From Candidatus Moanibacter tarae (GTDB lineage: Bacteria > Verrucomicrobiota > Verrucomicrobiia > Opitutales > UBA2987), in contig CP029803.1 of assembly GCA_003226295.1 (NCBI GenBank), forward strand, positions 736,211 to 800,210: a DNA stretch of 64,000 nt, in the 5' to 3' direction. The notes under the pieces are model-generated. The model made no database searches, was not told where the DNA came from, and saw only the letters and a list, made by a program, of their open reading frames with translations. A program made the position numbers and the translations under genes. Shown here one piece after another: positions 48,832 through 57,828 of this stretch; the stretch's first letter is position 1; each line of letters begins with the position of its first letter.

Positions 48832-49830
48832 TTAGAAATTCACCTTCCAGTTAGTTCGTGATGAATTTTTAAGTACCTCGGGATTTACAAGGTTCTTGGG
48901 TGGTTCGCCTCGAAAGACACAGAGGATATTTTGGGCGGCAGCGATGGAGGTCCGTACGAGGGCCTCACTAGTTTGGCCGGCAACGTGAGGAGAACACATG
49001 AGGTTGTCTAGCTTAAGGAGAGAATAATCTTCCGGTACTGGTTCCTGTTCGAAAACATCCAAGGCTGCCCCTCCTATTTTTCGATGATGGAGAGAATAGA
49101 AAAGTGCTTTTTCATCAATGAGGCCACCTCGGGCAGTATTCACAAGGAAGGCCGTGGGTTTCATGAGATCTAATTCAGTTTTTCCAATAAGGTTCCGAGT
49201 TTCAGAGTTAAGGGGAGTGTGCAGCGAGATGAAGTCAGACTTCTGGAGCAATTTTTCAAAAGATACAAGGCTTACATCAACTTCATCAATAGCGCATCTG
49301 TTGGGATAGGGATCATATGCAAGTACTTCCATTCCAAACCCAAGGGCGTGTTTAGCTAGGCGGGATCCGATTCGACCTAGGCCAATGATACCAAGAGTTT
49401 TTTGATAGAGCTCAAACCCTACAATATTATCACGCTTCCAGATGCCGGACTTGACTTCGTTAGCGGCACGGGTGAGGTGACGGGCGAGAGAAATCAATTG
49501 AGCAAAAGCATATTCGCTTACTGCCTCCGAATTAGCGTCGCCGGTAGTGGTAACCGCAATGCCCAGCTTGGTGCACTCGTCGATGGCGACATTGTCGTAA
49601 CCAACGCCATGGCGAGAGACAATCTTGAGTTTTGGAGATGCCGTTAACACCTCTTTATTTATCTGGGTAACACGTGCCAAGATAGCCGCGACATCTTTTG
49701 ATGAGTCGATAACTTTCTCAGGCCTCGAGTATGATTGAAGGACTGTAAGTTCAATCCCGTTGTCTTGAAGAAGATCGAGGCCTTCTGCGCGGACGTTGTG
49801 GTCGGGGACAAGGACTTTGTGTTTAAACAT
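48832..49830 (-). CDS. D-isomer-specific 2-hydroxyacid dehydrogenase (glycerate/phosphoglycerate dehydrogenase-like)
   Basis: GIIGLGRIGSRLA NAD motif and the NTARG / DVFEQEP / SPHVAG Arg-Glu-His catalytic pattern. Confidence 0.9.
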   Translation of the reverse strand: MFKHKVLVPDHNVRAEGLDLLQDNGIELTVLQSYSRPEKVIDSSKDVAAILARVTQINKEVLTASPKLKIVSRHGVGYDNVAIDECTKLGIAVTTTGDANSEAVSEYAFAQLISLARHLTRAANEVKSGIWKRDNIVGFELYQKTLGIIGLGRIGSRLAKHALGFGMEVLAYDPYPNRCAIDEVDVSLVSFEKLLQKSDFISLHTPLNSETRNLIGKTELDLMKPTAFLVNTARGGLIDEKALFYSLHHRKIGGAALDVFEQEPVPEDYSLLKLDNLMCSPHVAGQTSEALVRTSIAAAQNILCVFRGEPPKNLVNPEVLKNSSRTNWKVNF

Positions 49831-49991
49831 CAGTTTTTCTGGGAATCGATATCAAATTTCCTCAGGAACGCGAATTTCGATTGTCCAACTGAAATTAATT
49901 CTCCAGTAATGATAATTGCAACTTATAAGCTATCCCGAAACTTAGTATAATTGTGTGATATAACTATTTAAACACCAACAGGTAAAAAAAT

Positions 49992-51857
49992 ATGAGCCAG
50001 ATTTCATCAAATATTCCAATTACCGATCCGCCGACATGGGCAGTTTGGGAACGACGCCTGTTAAAGGCTATGGATCAGTCGGTTTATCCGTTCCTCGATC
50101 ATTTTACGGGAGATAACGATGAGTTTATATGGAAGGATGAATGGGGCGGGGGTAGTCCCGATGATTTCCTTGAGCCTTTTTTTAACTGGCCTTTGGTTTA
50201 TCTTATGGGTGGAGGGAAGCACCTTTTGGAGCTGTCAAATCACCACTGGGAAACAGAGATAAAGCACCTTACCCGTTTGGGCACCTATCATAAGGAGTAC
50301 GGGTTTAAGGAGGACCAGATGCATCAGGCTGAGGCTGATGTTTGTTTTTATCACCTTTGCTTGGCAAATCCAGCGAGTTTAAAGCATCGCAAACGAGCCC
50401 AGCGCTTTGCCGGGTTTTACCTGAATGAAGACCCGGATGCGATTAACTACGACCCAGTACACAAGATTATTATGTCTGGCCTTAATGGGAGTAAGGGTGC
50501 CTACTCCAATGATCCTAAGGCTCGAGAAGTGCCCTACGCTCCGCCCGCTGGCGGTAGTATGGCGCCCTATGGCTTGCCTTTCTTTGATTTACCTGGGATC
50601 AAAAGCGTTGAGGATCTCCAAGCGGATCCGGAAAAAGGCCGTGCTATGGGAAGGGCCATGTTTGACCGTTGGCGTCAGGGGGATACCGTTGCTAATCTTT
50701 CGATAACCTCAGTTGTAACTAACGCTTTTTTACTTACTGGAGAAGAAAAATATCGTGATTGGGTTGTCGAGTATGTGGATGCTTGGGTAGGGAGGGCGCG
50801 AGAAAATGGTGGCTTAATTCCTGACAATGTCGGTCTCTCCGGAAAAGTAGGAGAGTATACTGGAGGCAAGTGGCACGGCGGGCGTTATGGATGGACATTT
50901 CCCCATGGTTTTTTGACCTTGCAATATGCTGTCCTCGATGCCGCGGCTAATGCCTATCTGCTGACGCGAGACGCAGATTATCTAGAACTTCCACGAACGC
51001 AGATGGATCGGATTTTGGATCTTGGCCGCGAGGAAGAAGGGAGGTTCATGGTTCCGTATCGGTACGGTGATGCCGGATGGTTCGATTGGCATCCGATGGG
51101 TCCAGTCTATATGGCAACTCTTTGGAGTCTGTCAATGGATCAGGGTGATTGGGATCGGATGGAAAGGGTGCGAGCTGCTGATTCTCATGACTGGAACGCA
51201 GTGTCTCCTTTTCATGGTAAAGAGGACGCGGGGCATGAACATCCATGGGTACGGTTTTTGGCGGGAGCAAACTCCGACTATCCGGAACGGATTTTGCATG
51301 CTAGCCATCAGTTGGTTTCCCGTCGGGTGGAACAGAATATAACCGACACCTCAGTGGGCACACAACATCACGTGCATCATTGGCAGTGGGCGAATCCGGT
51401 TTCATCCGAAGCGCTTATCCAACTGACTTTGGGAGGACCGCAGCCTATATACAATGGGGGATTGCTTCACTCGCGTTTAAGGTATTTCGATCCCGTTCGG
51501 CGTCGACCGGGACTGCCGGAGGAAGTGGGAGCTTTGGTTGAAAAACTTGAAGCCGGACGGACTGTGCTAACCCTCGTCAATTTGAGTCCTTGTGAGGACC
51601 AAAAGGTCGTGATTCAAGCGGGTAGTTTTGGGGAACATCGTTTTGGCGAGGCAAAATATCAGACCCGTATAAGCGAATATCCTGGTGATTTAGGAGGATA
51701 CGCTGGACATTATGCTGCGCCTGCTTTGGAGACTGAGGAGAGAAAGGTCATGGTAAATTCGAATCGGTTGGAAGTAGATCTTCCAAGGTGGTCTGAATTG
51801 CGTTTGGACTTGGAGACCGACCGTTATGTTAACGAACCATCTGCCAGTGAACTATAA
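49992..51857 (+). CDS. Hypothetical protein (621 aa), no family recognised
   Basis: Long unopposed ORF rich in Trp/Tyr/His, with no signal peptide. The helical-repeat-like N-terminal two thirds suggest a toroid-type carbohydrate-active fold, which is speculative. Confidence 0.6.
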   Translation: MSQISSNIPITDPPTWAVWERRLLKAMDQSVYPFLDHFTGDNDEFIWKDEWGGGSPDDFLEPFFNWPLVYLMGGGKHLLELSNHHWETEIKHLTRLGTYHKEYGFKEDQMHQAEADVCFYHLCLANPASLKHRKRAQRFAGFYLNEDPDAINYDPVHKIIMSGLNGSKGAYSNDPKAREVPYAPPAGGSMAPYGLPFFDLPGIKSVEDLQADPEKGRAMGRAMFDRWRQGDTVANLSITSVVTNAFLLTGEEKYRDWVVEYVDAWVGRARENGGLIPDNVGLSGKVGEYTGGKWHGGRYGWTFPHGFLTLQYAVLDAAANAYLLTRDADYLELPRTQMDRILDLGREEEGRFMVPYRYGDAGWFDWHPMGPVYMATLWSLSMDQGDWDRMERVRAADSHDWNAVSPFHGKEDAGHEHPWVRFLAGANSDYPERILHASHQLVSRRVEQNITDTSVGTQHHVHHWQWANPVSSEALIQLTLGGPQPIYNGGLLHSRLRYFDPVRRRPGLPEEVGALVEKLEAGRTVLTLVNLSPCEDQKVVIQAGSFGEHRFGEAKYQTRISEYPGDLGGYAGHYAAPALETEERKVMVNSNRLEVDLPRWSELRLDLETDRYVNEPSASEL

Positions 51858-52148
51858 TTCGTTGAGATTTCCTTCCGAGGTAGAAATATGGATAATTGCT
51901 AGCAAATAAAAGCATTGTAGCGAAAAGAAACAGGTACCTGTAGGAGATTAACTAAAATATTTAAGAATAGAACGGAGGATTAGAACGCATGAATTTCCAT
52001 GTGGTTCGCTTAGGCCGTTATCCGATGCAAAAATATTTTCGTTGCTTGGTACAATTCAACTTCAATCATTTGCTACAGGCTGTTAAACTTAGTGTAACGA
52101 TAAGTCTTTGTACTTAGGAAATTTGTTAAAATCTGGAATAGGAAAGTC

Positions 52149-53168
52149 ATGAAACACAAGCCAATCGAAAATCGAAGTTTACGCGTGGGCGTTTACGGAA
52201 CGGGGAACTTTGCCAATCAGCAACATCTTCCAAATTTGAGTAAGCTGGAAAATGTCGATTTAGTAGCAGCCGCTGATATCAATAAAGATGCTCTGAAGTC
52301 GACTGCTGAAAAATTTGGTATCACTCATACTTACGAAGATGCCTACGAGATGCTGGCAAAGGAGGATCTGGATATTCTCTATTCAATTGTTCCCGCATTT
52401 GTCCGAACAGATGTGGAAGCGACTGCTGCGGCCAAAGGCATTCATCTTTTCAGCGAGAAGCCGCAGGCTCTGACAATGGCGGTAGCTCGTCGAATTGCTG
52501 ATGCGGTAGACGAAGGTTCCGTCTTTAGTTCGGTTTGTTTCCGAGAGCGGTATCGTCCCATTTTCATGGAAGCCAAAAGACTATTGGAGGGAAAGAATGT
52601 GATTCATATTCGCTTTCAAAGTTGGAGAGATCTTGTCCCTAAAAAAGAAGAAATGGGTGAGGGTTGGTCCAACAATGTCGATTTGGGTGGGAGTGCAGCT
52701 TTTGACTGGGGTGTGCATGCAGTGGATTATTCACGATACATGAGTGGTCACGATATTGTTCGAGCTCAGGGATTTGTTCACCATCCCAAGGAATTTGCGC
52801 TTCCCTTGTCGAACAGCTACAATTTCGTCCTAGATAGCGGTGCCACTCTTCATGTTAGTTTTGTTTCAGCTGGGGATATGCCTACCCATCAGCCCTATTT
52901 CCTGATTTTCTACGAAGGTGGATATCTTGGGGTTCACGGATACGACTTTATCGAAATGAACGGAGAGAGGGTCTACACAGCAGAGGAATACAATCCATGG
53001 TTCGAACTTGACCGGCGCTTTATTGAAGCGGTTAGGCAGGGTGACGACAGCGATCTTTTGAATGATTACCGGGATGGATTGCTTTCGCTGGGTCCGGTAC
53101 TGGCGGCGTGGGAATCTACCCGCCAAAAGGGTGAGATGATCGATGTAGTTAAATTCATGGAGAACTGA
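52149..53168 (+). CDS. Gfo/Idh/MocA family oxidoreductase
   Basis: LRVGVYGTGNFA Rossmann motif and SEKPQALT motif. Its stop TGA lies 6 nt before the next ATG. Confidence 0.85.
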   Translation: MKHKPIENRSLRVGVYGTGNFANQQHLPNLSKLENVDLVAAADINKDALKSTAEKFGITHTYEDAYEMLAKEDLDILYSIVPAFVRTDVEATAAAKGIHLFSEKPQALTMAVARRIADAVDEGSVFSSVCFRERYRPIFMEAKRLLEGKNVIHIRFQSWRDLVPKKEEMGEGWSNNVDLGGSAAFDWGVHAVDYSRYMSGHDIVRAQGFVHHPKEFALPLSNSYNFVLDSGATLHVSFVSAGDMPTHQPYFLIFYEGGYLGVHGYDFIEMNGERVYTAEEYNPWFELDRRFIEAVRQGDDSDLLNDYRDGLLSLGPVLAAWESTRQKGEMIDVVKFMEN

Positions 53169-53174
53169 CCAAAG

Positions 53175-54017
53175 ATGAATAAACTCGAACTTACACCACA
53201 ACAACTATCCTTCATCGATGTTTTTGGATATTTGAAGTTTTCCGGTCTGCTTCTAGATCGAATTGATGAGATTATAGAAGCATTTGAGAGGGTTTGGGAA
53301 GAACGCGGTGGTGGCCATAATGGAAAGATCCACGATGGTACCGCGCGCTCGTGTATCGTGCCATTCATTGACCAAAGCGAATATCTCTCTTCGTTGCTGG
53401 ATGATCCACGAGTTAATGGAATCTTTTCTAGCCTCCTGGGAGAGGATTTTCAATATCTCGGTAGCGATGGAAACTACTACGTAGGGAATACCAGATGGCA
53501 TTCCGACGGCACTTGGCCGCGTCCCATTATCTACTACAAGATGGCGCTTTATCTTGATTTTCTCAATGGTGATTCTGGAGCACTTAGCGTGGTTCCTGGG
53601 AGTCATCGATATGGGGAAAACTACGCAGAGGAACTGGAACGGCAAATTCGCAAGCCTGAAGAGTTTTGGGGTATGGGTGGTGATGAAGTTCCGGCGATGG
53701 CTTTAGAGACAGTTCCGGGTGATGTAGTGATTTTTAATCAAGGAACTAAACACAGCTCGTGGGGAGGTGGAGACCGACGTAGGATGTTTACGATAAACTG
53801 CACTCTGCGTCATACAGATGAGCAAATACCATTGCTACGCCAAGAAGTGAGCGGATCCGCTCGATTTCTTGTGGATTCAGTCTATGGGGAAGCAATGCTT
53901 CAAAGCGCCGATTCGGCTCGTATGCGTCACCTGGAGCAAGGGTTGGCGAACCAAGATCACCTACCCGAGCTTGTACGAAGGGAAAGAGAGCAGCGTGACG
54001 AACCATCACGGGGCTAG
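53175..54017 (+). CDS. PhyH family Fe(II)/2-oxoglutarate dioxygenase
   Basis: FIDVFGYLKF N-terminal motif, RWHSDG (HxD) and GTKHSSWGG (distal His). Apparently co-transcribed with 52149..53168. Confidence 0.8.
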   Translation: MNKLELTPQQLSFIDVFGYLKFSGLLLDRIDEIIEAFERVWEERGGGHNGKIHDGTARSCIVPFIDQSEYLSSLLDDPRVNGIFSSLLGEDFQYLGSDGNYYVGNTRWHSDGTWPRPIIYYKMALYLDFLNGDSGALSVVPGSHRYGENYAEELERQIRKPEEFWGMGGDEVPAMALETVPGDVVIFNQGTKHSSWGGGDRRRMFTINCTLRHTDEQIPLLRQEVSGSARFLVDSVYGEAMLQSADSARMRHLEQGLANQDHLPELVRREREQRDEPSRG

Positions 54018-54018
54018 T

Positions 54019-54038
54019 GTATTTCTTCTGAGAAATAC
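54019..54038. terminator. AT-rich hairpin (8-bp stem GTATTTCT/AGAAATAC, 4-nt loop) between convergent genes
   Basis: Lies 2 nt after the 53175..54017 stop and 59 nt after the 54097..55242 stop. Possible bidirectional terminator. Confidence 0.3.
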
Positions 54039-54096
54039 GGGTTCTTCAATACAAAATACAGTATCCCTATCTTATTCCACTTAGAATCCCTTAGGC

Positions 54097-55242
54097 TTAG
54101 ACCTCTTCTACAATAAGGGAGGCGAACTTTTCCTCGTCCCACTGCGCTCCCCACCCAGGAAGATTATTGGGAGCAATGTGGCCGTCCTTGATGATGGGGG
54201 CGTTGGTGAGACCCCAGAGAGCCCCTTGTTCCCGCAAGGCATCGGGGGATAGTGCCATGTATTCATAGAATTGAGTGTTTTCAATGCAGCATCCGAGCGT
54301 GGCGTGAACAAGGCCGGACAGACCTCCAACGCCATTGAGTTCGATTGTGCCACCATACAATTCGGCAAGATGGGCAAGCTTTAGGACATGGGTTGTTCCA
54401 GCTCTGGCGTTTCCTCGAAGAAGGTCAGTCCCACCCTGAATGAGCCATTGGGAAGTTATTCCGATATCGTTCATAAGCATCTCGGTACCCATCACCGGGA
54501 TGGTCAGTTCATCGCACAATTCCTGATAGAGATTGAGTTTGTACTCGTGCATGGGTTCCTCGAGCCAAACGAAATCCAAGTCTTCCATTACATGACCAAC
54601 CTCGATTGCTTCCCTTAGGTCGTAGGAGCAAACCGGATCGTTTAATAGATCGTAATCAGCACCAACAATTTCCCTCACCTTGGTGAAAATTGGGATATCT
54701 GCCTTGCCGCCTTTGTAAGTGTGGAATTTGTAGGCGTTTATTCCAAATGATTTCCCAATATCAATATGTTCCAGATATTGTTCTAGAGTAGAATCACCGG
54801 CAGTGAGATAGACCGGAAGACTCTCTCGAACTCTTCCCACCAAAGCGTGGACAGGAAGGTTAGCTGCTTTCCCAAGGATATCCCACAGGCAATTATCAAA
54901 AGCTCCGAACCATCCTGGCGGTTGGTAAACCCATCGCGTTCCTTTGTGCAACTTTTGCCAGATTGCCTCACGGTTAAAGACGTCCTCACCGATTACCTGA
55001 TTTTTGATTATGGACAATTGTGTTGGTGTTATTGAAATGTCTGTGGTGACGATGCTCTCGATTCCCTCGTCAGTGATGACTTTGAGGAAAGTGTTTCGGG
55101 TCTTAACAGTGCCTGATTGCTTCGCGCGCCCGTGGGTGTACTGGATGCGTCTTAGGTTGGGGATAGTAGTTAACTTCCACTCTCTAGCCGGGTGTTCATC
55201 GTCAAGTTCTAAGGTGATCAGTTTGATATCTGCTATCTTCAT
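54097..55242 (-). CDS. Enolase-superfamily enzyme (MR/MLE family), tandem copy A
   Basis: 381 aa. Motifs GWFGAFDNCLWDILGK, YKFH, LLNDPV, WLEEPM, MGTEM and GGTDLLRGNA. Identical to copy B except residues 2 and 19-21. Confidence 0.85.
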   Translation of the reverse strand: MKIADIKLITLELDDEHPAREWKLTTIPNLRRIQYTHGRAKQSGTVKTRNTFLKVITDEGIESIVTTDISITPTQLSIIKNQVIGEDVFNREAIWQKLHKGTRWVYQPPGWFGAFDNCLWDILGKAANLPVHALVGRVRESLPVYLTAGDSTLEQYLEHIDIGKSFGINAYKFHTYKGGKADIPIFTKVREIVGADYDLLNDPVCSYDLREAIEVGHVMEDLDFVWLEEPMHEYKLNLYQELCDELTIPVMGTEMLMNDIGITSQWLIQGGTDLLRGNARAGTTHVLKLAHLAELYGGTIELNGVGGLSGLVHATLGCCIENTQFYEYMALSPDALREQGALWGLTNAPIIKDGHIAPNNLPGWGAQWDEEKFASLIVEEV

Positions 55243-55297
55243 TTTATAACTTTTTGTAAGCTTCTTATTTCAGGGAGCGTCAATGAATCCCTTAGGC

Positions 55298-56443
55298 TTA
55301 GACCTCTTCTACAATAAGGGAGGCGAACTTTTCCTCGTCCCACTGCGCTCCCCACCCAGGAAGATTATTGGGAGCAATGTGGCCGTCCTTGATGATGGGG
55401 GCGTTGGTGAGACCCCAGAGAGCCCCTTGTTCCCGCAAGGCATCGGGGGATAGTGCCATGTATTCATAGAATTGAGTGTTTTCAATGCAGCATCCGAGCG
55501 TGGCGTGAACAAGGCCGGACAGACCTCCAACGCCATTGAGTTCGATTGTGCCACCATACAATTCGGCAAGATGGGCAAGCTTTAGGACATGGGTTGTTCC
55601 AGCTCTGGCGTTTCCTCGAAGAAGGTCAGTCCCACCCTGAATGAGCCATTGGGAAGTTATTCCGATATCGTTCATAAGCATCTCGGTACCCATCACCGGG
55701 ATGGTCAGTTCATCGCACAATTCCTGATAGAGATTGAGTTTGTACTCGTGCATGGGTTCCTCGAGCCAAACGAAATCCAAGTCTTCCATTACATGACCAA
55801 CCTCGATTGCTTCCCTTAGGTCGTAGGAGCAAACCGGATCGTTTAATAGATCGTAATCAGCACCAACAATTTCCCTCACCTTGGTGAAAATTGGGATATC
55901 TGCCTTGCCGCCTTTGTAAGTGTGGAATTTGTAGGCGTTTATTCCAAATGATTTCCCAATATCAATATGTTCCAGATATTGTTCTAGAGTAGAATCACCG
56001 GCAGTGAGATAGACCGGAAGACTCTCTCGAACTCTTCCCACCAAAGCGTGGACAGGAAGGTTAGCTGCTTTCCCAAGGATATCCCACAGGCAATTATCAA
56101 AAGCTCCGAACCATCCTGGCGGTTGGTAAACCCATCGCGTTCCTTTGTGCAACTTTTGCCAGATTGCCTCACGGTTAAAGACGTCCTCACCGATTACCTG
56201 ATTTTTGATTATGGACAATTGTGTTGGTGTTATTGAAATGTCTGTGGTGACGATGCTCTCGATTCCCTCGTCAGTGATGACTTTGAGGAAAGTGTTTCGG
56301 GTCTTAACAGTGCCTGATTGCTTCGCGCGCCCGTGGGTGTACTGGATGCGTCTTAGGTTGGGGATAGTAGTTAACTTCCACTGACTAACTGGGTGTTCAT
56401 CGTCAAGTTCTAAGGTGATCAGTTTGATATCTGCTATCCTCAT
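55298..56443 (-). CDS. Enolase-superfamily enzyme (MR/MLE family), tandem copy B
   Basis: Same motifs as copy A. Differs by K2R and A19V/R20S/E21Q. Confidence 0.85.
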   Translation of the reverse strand: MRIADIKLITLELDDEHPVSQWKLTTIPNLRRIQYTHGRAKQSGTVKTRNTFLKVITDEGIESIVTTDISITPTQLSIIKNQVIGEDVFNREAIWQKLHKGTRWVYQPPGWFGAFDNCLWDILGKAANLPVHALVGRVRESLPVYLTAGDSTLEQYLEHIDIGKSFGINAYKFHTYKGGKADIPIFTKVREIVGADYDLLNDPVCSYDLREAIEVGHVMEDLDFVWLEEPMHEYKLNLYQELCDELTIPVMGTEMLMNDIGITSQWLIQGGTDLLRGNARAGTTHVLKLAHLAELYGGTIELNGVGGLSGLVHATLGCCIENTQFYEYMALSPDALREQGALWGLTNAPIIKDGHIAPNNLPGWGAQWDEEKFASLIVEEV

Positions 56444-56685
56444 TTTATAACCTTTTGTAAGCTTCTTATTTCAGGGAACGTCAATTATTGCAGTCTGGAA
56501 CAGTTTGAAATTGCAATAGAAAACTTTGAAAATAGAAATTAAGAAGGAGCTTTTGCTTAAGGATAGTTTTGGTTTCAAGCCCTCTATTTCTTAATAACGA
56601 CCATTAGTTAGAAATTTAAAGACGTGGGAGATGGCCCCGTGTAGAAAAAGAACCAGGTGAAGACCAAGAATAATCATTTACAGTA

Positions 56686-57723
56686 CTAGTCGCAGTTAAC
56701 TTCGGTTTTGGGTGATAAAATCTCGTCACCGTAAGCAAAAAGAGCAGGGGTCCCCCCTGTATGCACAAACACCACTGTTTGATCCTTGGTCCAACGCTTT
56801 TGTCTTATGTGTTCGATCATGGCTCCAAAAGCTTTACCGGTGTAGACGGGATCTAGGAGCAGTCCTTCCGTTCGTGCCATTAAAAGAACAGCGTCTCGGC
56901 CCCGTTCTGTTACGGTCCCATAGGCTTCGCCAGCGTAGTTTCCATGGCACTCAAAATCAGCCGGATTAATTTGCAGCGAAAGATCAAGCATGAGAGCAAC
57001 CTTTTTAGCCACACAGGCTAGTTCCCTGCTGGATTCTTCATTTTCTCGTGGCATTGGCTTAATTCCGATGACTTCTACTGGAATCCCAAGCGCGCGAGCT
57101 CCAATTACAAGGCCGACATGGGTATGGACTCCAGAACAGACATACAATGCGGCAGGATGAATGTCTTGGTCCTGGAGTTGCTTTGACAACTCCAGGAAAC
57201 CATCCACATAGGCGATGCTCCGTAAAAGATAGCCGTCAGTGCTAGTGTTGTAAACACGATGTCCTTCTTTCCTCAGGCGGTTAATGATCTCAATTTTTTC
57301 TCCAGGATTATCGGTAAGGTAAATGTCGGCGCCAAATATATGAGACAGAAGAAGGTTCCCGGTAATGGGTTCAGAATGATCGTCGCGTTGTCCAACCATG
57401 ACAGCTTTTTTCCCCAAGCGAGCCGCTACCGCTGCGGTGACGCGTGATTGATTAGATTGGGATGCTGCACCATGAAGAAGGATATCATAATTCCCTTCGA
57501 CGGCAGGGGCTAGGGAGTATTCAAACTCACGAATTTTATTCCCACCAAATGCAATGCCGGTTTGATCTTCACGCTTGATGAGAATGCGAGGGCCATCCAG
57601 TTCTTTAGACAATCTCGGGCAGTCGAACAAAGGGGTGGGAAGATCAGCCAATGAGAGACGACTGAAACTGTCGAGCCGAGATTTAAGATCTTTTCTTGTG
57701 ATGGAATTCTTTTGGTTAAACAC
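56686..57723 (-). CDS. PLP-dependent enzyme of the ACC deaminase / D-cysteine desulfhydrase family
   Basis: GTG start. DLPTPL, and the KREDQTGIAFGGNKIREFEY motif carrying the PLP lysine (GGNK). 345 aa. Confidence 0.85.
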   Translation of the reverse strand: MFNQKNSITRKDLKSRLDSFSRLSLADLPTPLFDCPRLSKELDGPRILIKREDQTGIAFGGNKIREFEYSLAPAVEGNYDILLHGAASQSNQSRVTAAVAARLGKKAVMVGQRDDHSEPITGNLLLSHIFGADIYLTDNPGEKIEIINRLRKEGHRVYNTSTDGYLLRSIAYVDGFLELSKQLQDQDIHPAALYVCSGVHTHVGLVIGARALGIPVEVIGIKPMPRENEESSRELACVAKKVALMLDLSLQINPADFECHGNYAGEAYGTVTERGRDAVLLMARTEGLLLDPVYTGKAFGAMIEHIRQKRWTKDQTVVFVHTGGTPALFAYGDEILSPKTEVNCD

Positions 57724-57740
57724 AGACTATACTAACGTCG

Positions 57741-57776
57741 CGGCTGAGGCGGGCTGTCAAGCGTCGCCTCCAGCCG
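57741..57776 (-). terminator. GC-rich stem-loop (11 bp with one bulged C, 13-nt loop), 18 nt upstream of the PLP-enzyme start codon
   Basis: CGGCTGAGGCG pairs with CGCCTCCAGCCG. It could be a relic terminator or a 5'-leader structure. No U-tract. Confidence 0.3.
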
Positions 57777-57795
57777 ACTTGTTCGGCGTAGATGT

Positions 57796-57828
57796 TCCAT
57801 CCATTGCTTAGGGCCCCCATTGGATGGA
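57796..57828 (-). terminator. Stem-loop (8-bp stem TCCATCCA/TGGATGGA, 17-nt loop) directly after the putative remnant stop
   Basis: Read directly from the sequence. No U-tract follows. Confidence 0.3.

Larger units (their letters stand above)
54084..56485. repeat. Two-unit head-to-tail tandem duplication, unit length 1201 bp (54084..55284 and 55285..56485)
   Basis: By-eye alignment at offset 1201. The units are identical except at 55182, 55183, 55187, 55189, 55238, 55251 and 55277 (unit-1 coordinates). ORF-track translations in several frames are identical between the units. Confidence 0.9.

Noticed and set aside
51930-51941. A perfect 12-bp palindrome ACAGGTACCTGT about 210 nt upstream of the Gfo-PhyH operon, considered as an operator.
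   Set aside because: Roughly 15 perfect 12-bp palindromes are expected by chance in 64 kb. There is no cognate regulator nearby and I found no second copy.
54084-56485. The 1.2-kb repeat considered as an insertion sequence, or as a diversity-generating retroelement template/variable repeat pair.
   Set aside because: The unit encodes only a metabolic enolase-family gene. There is no transposase or reverse transcriptase anywhere in the window and no terminal inverted repeats. The 7 differences are not adenine-specific.
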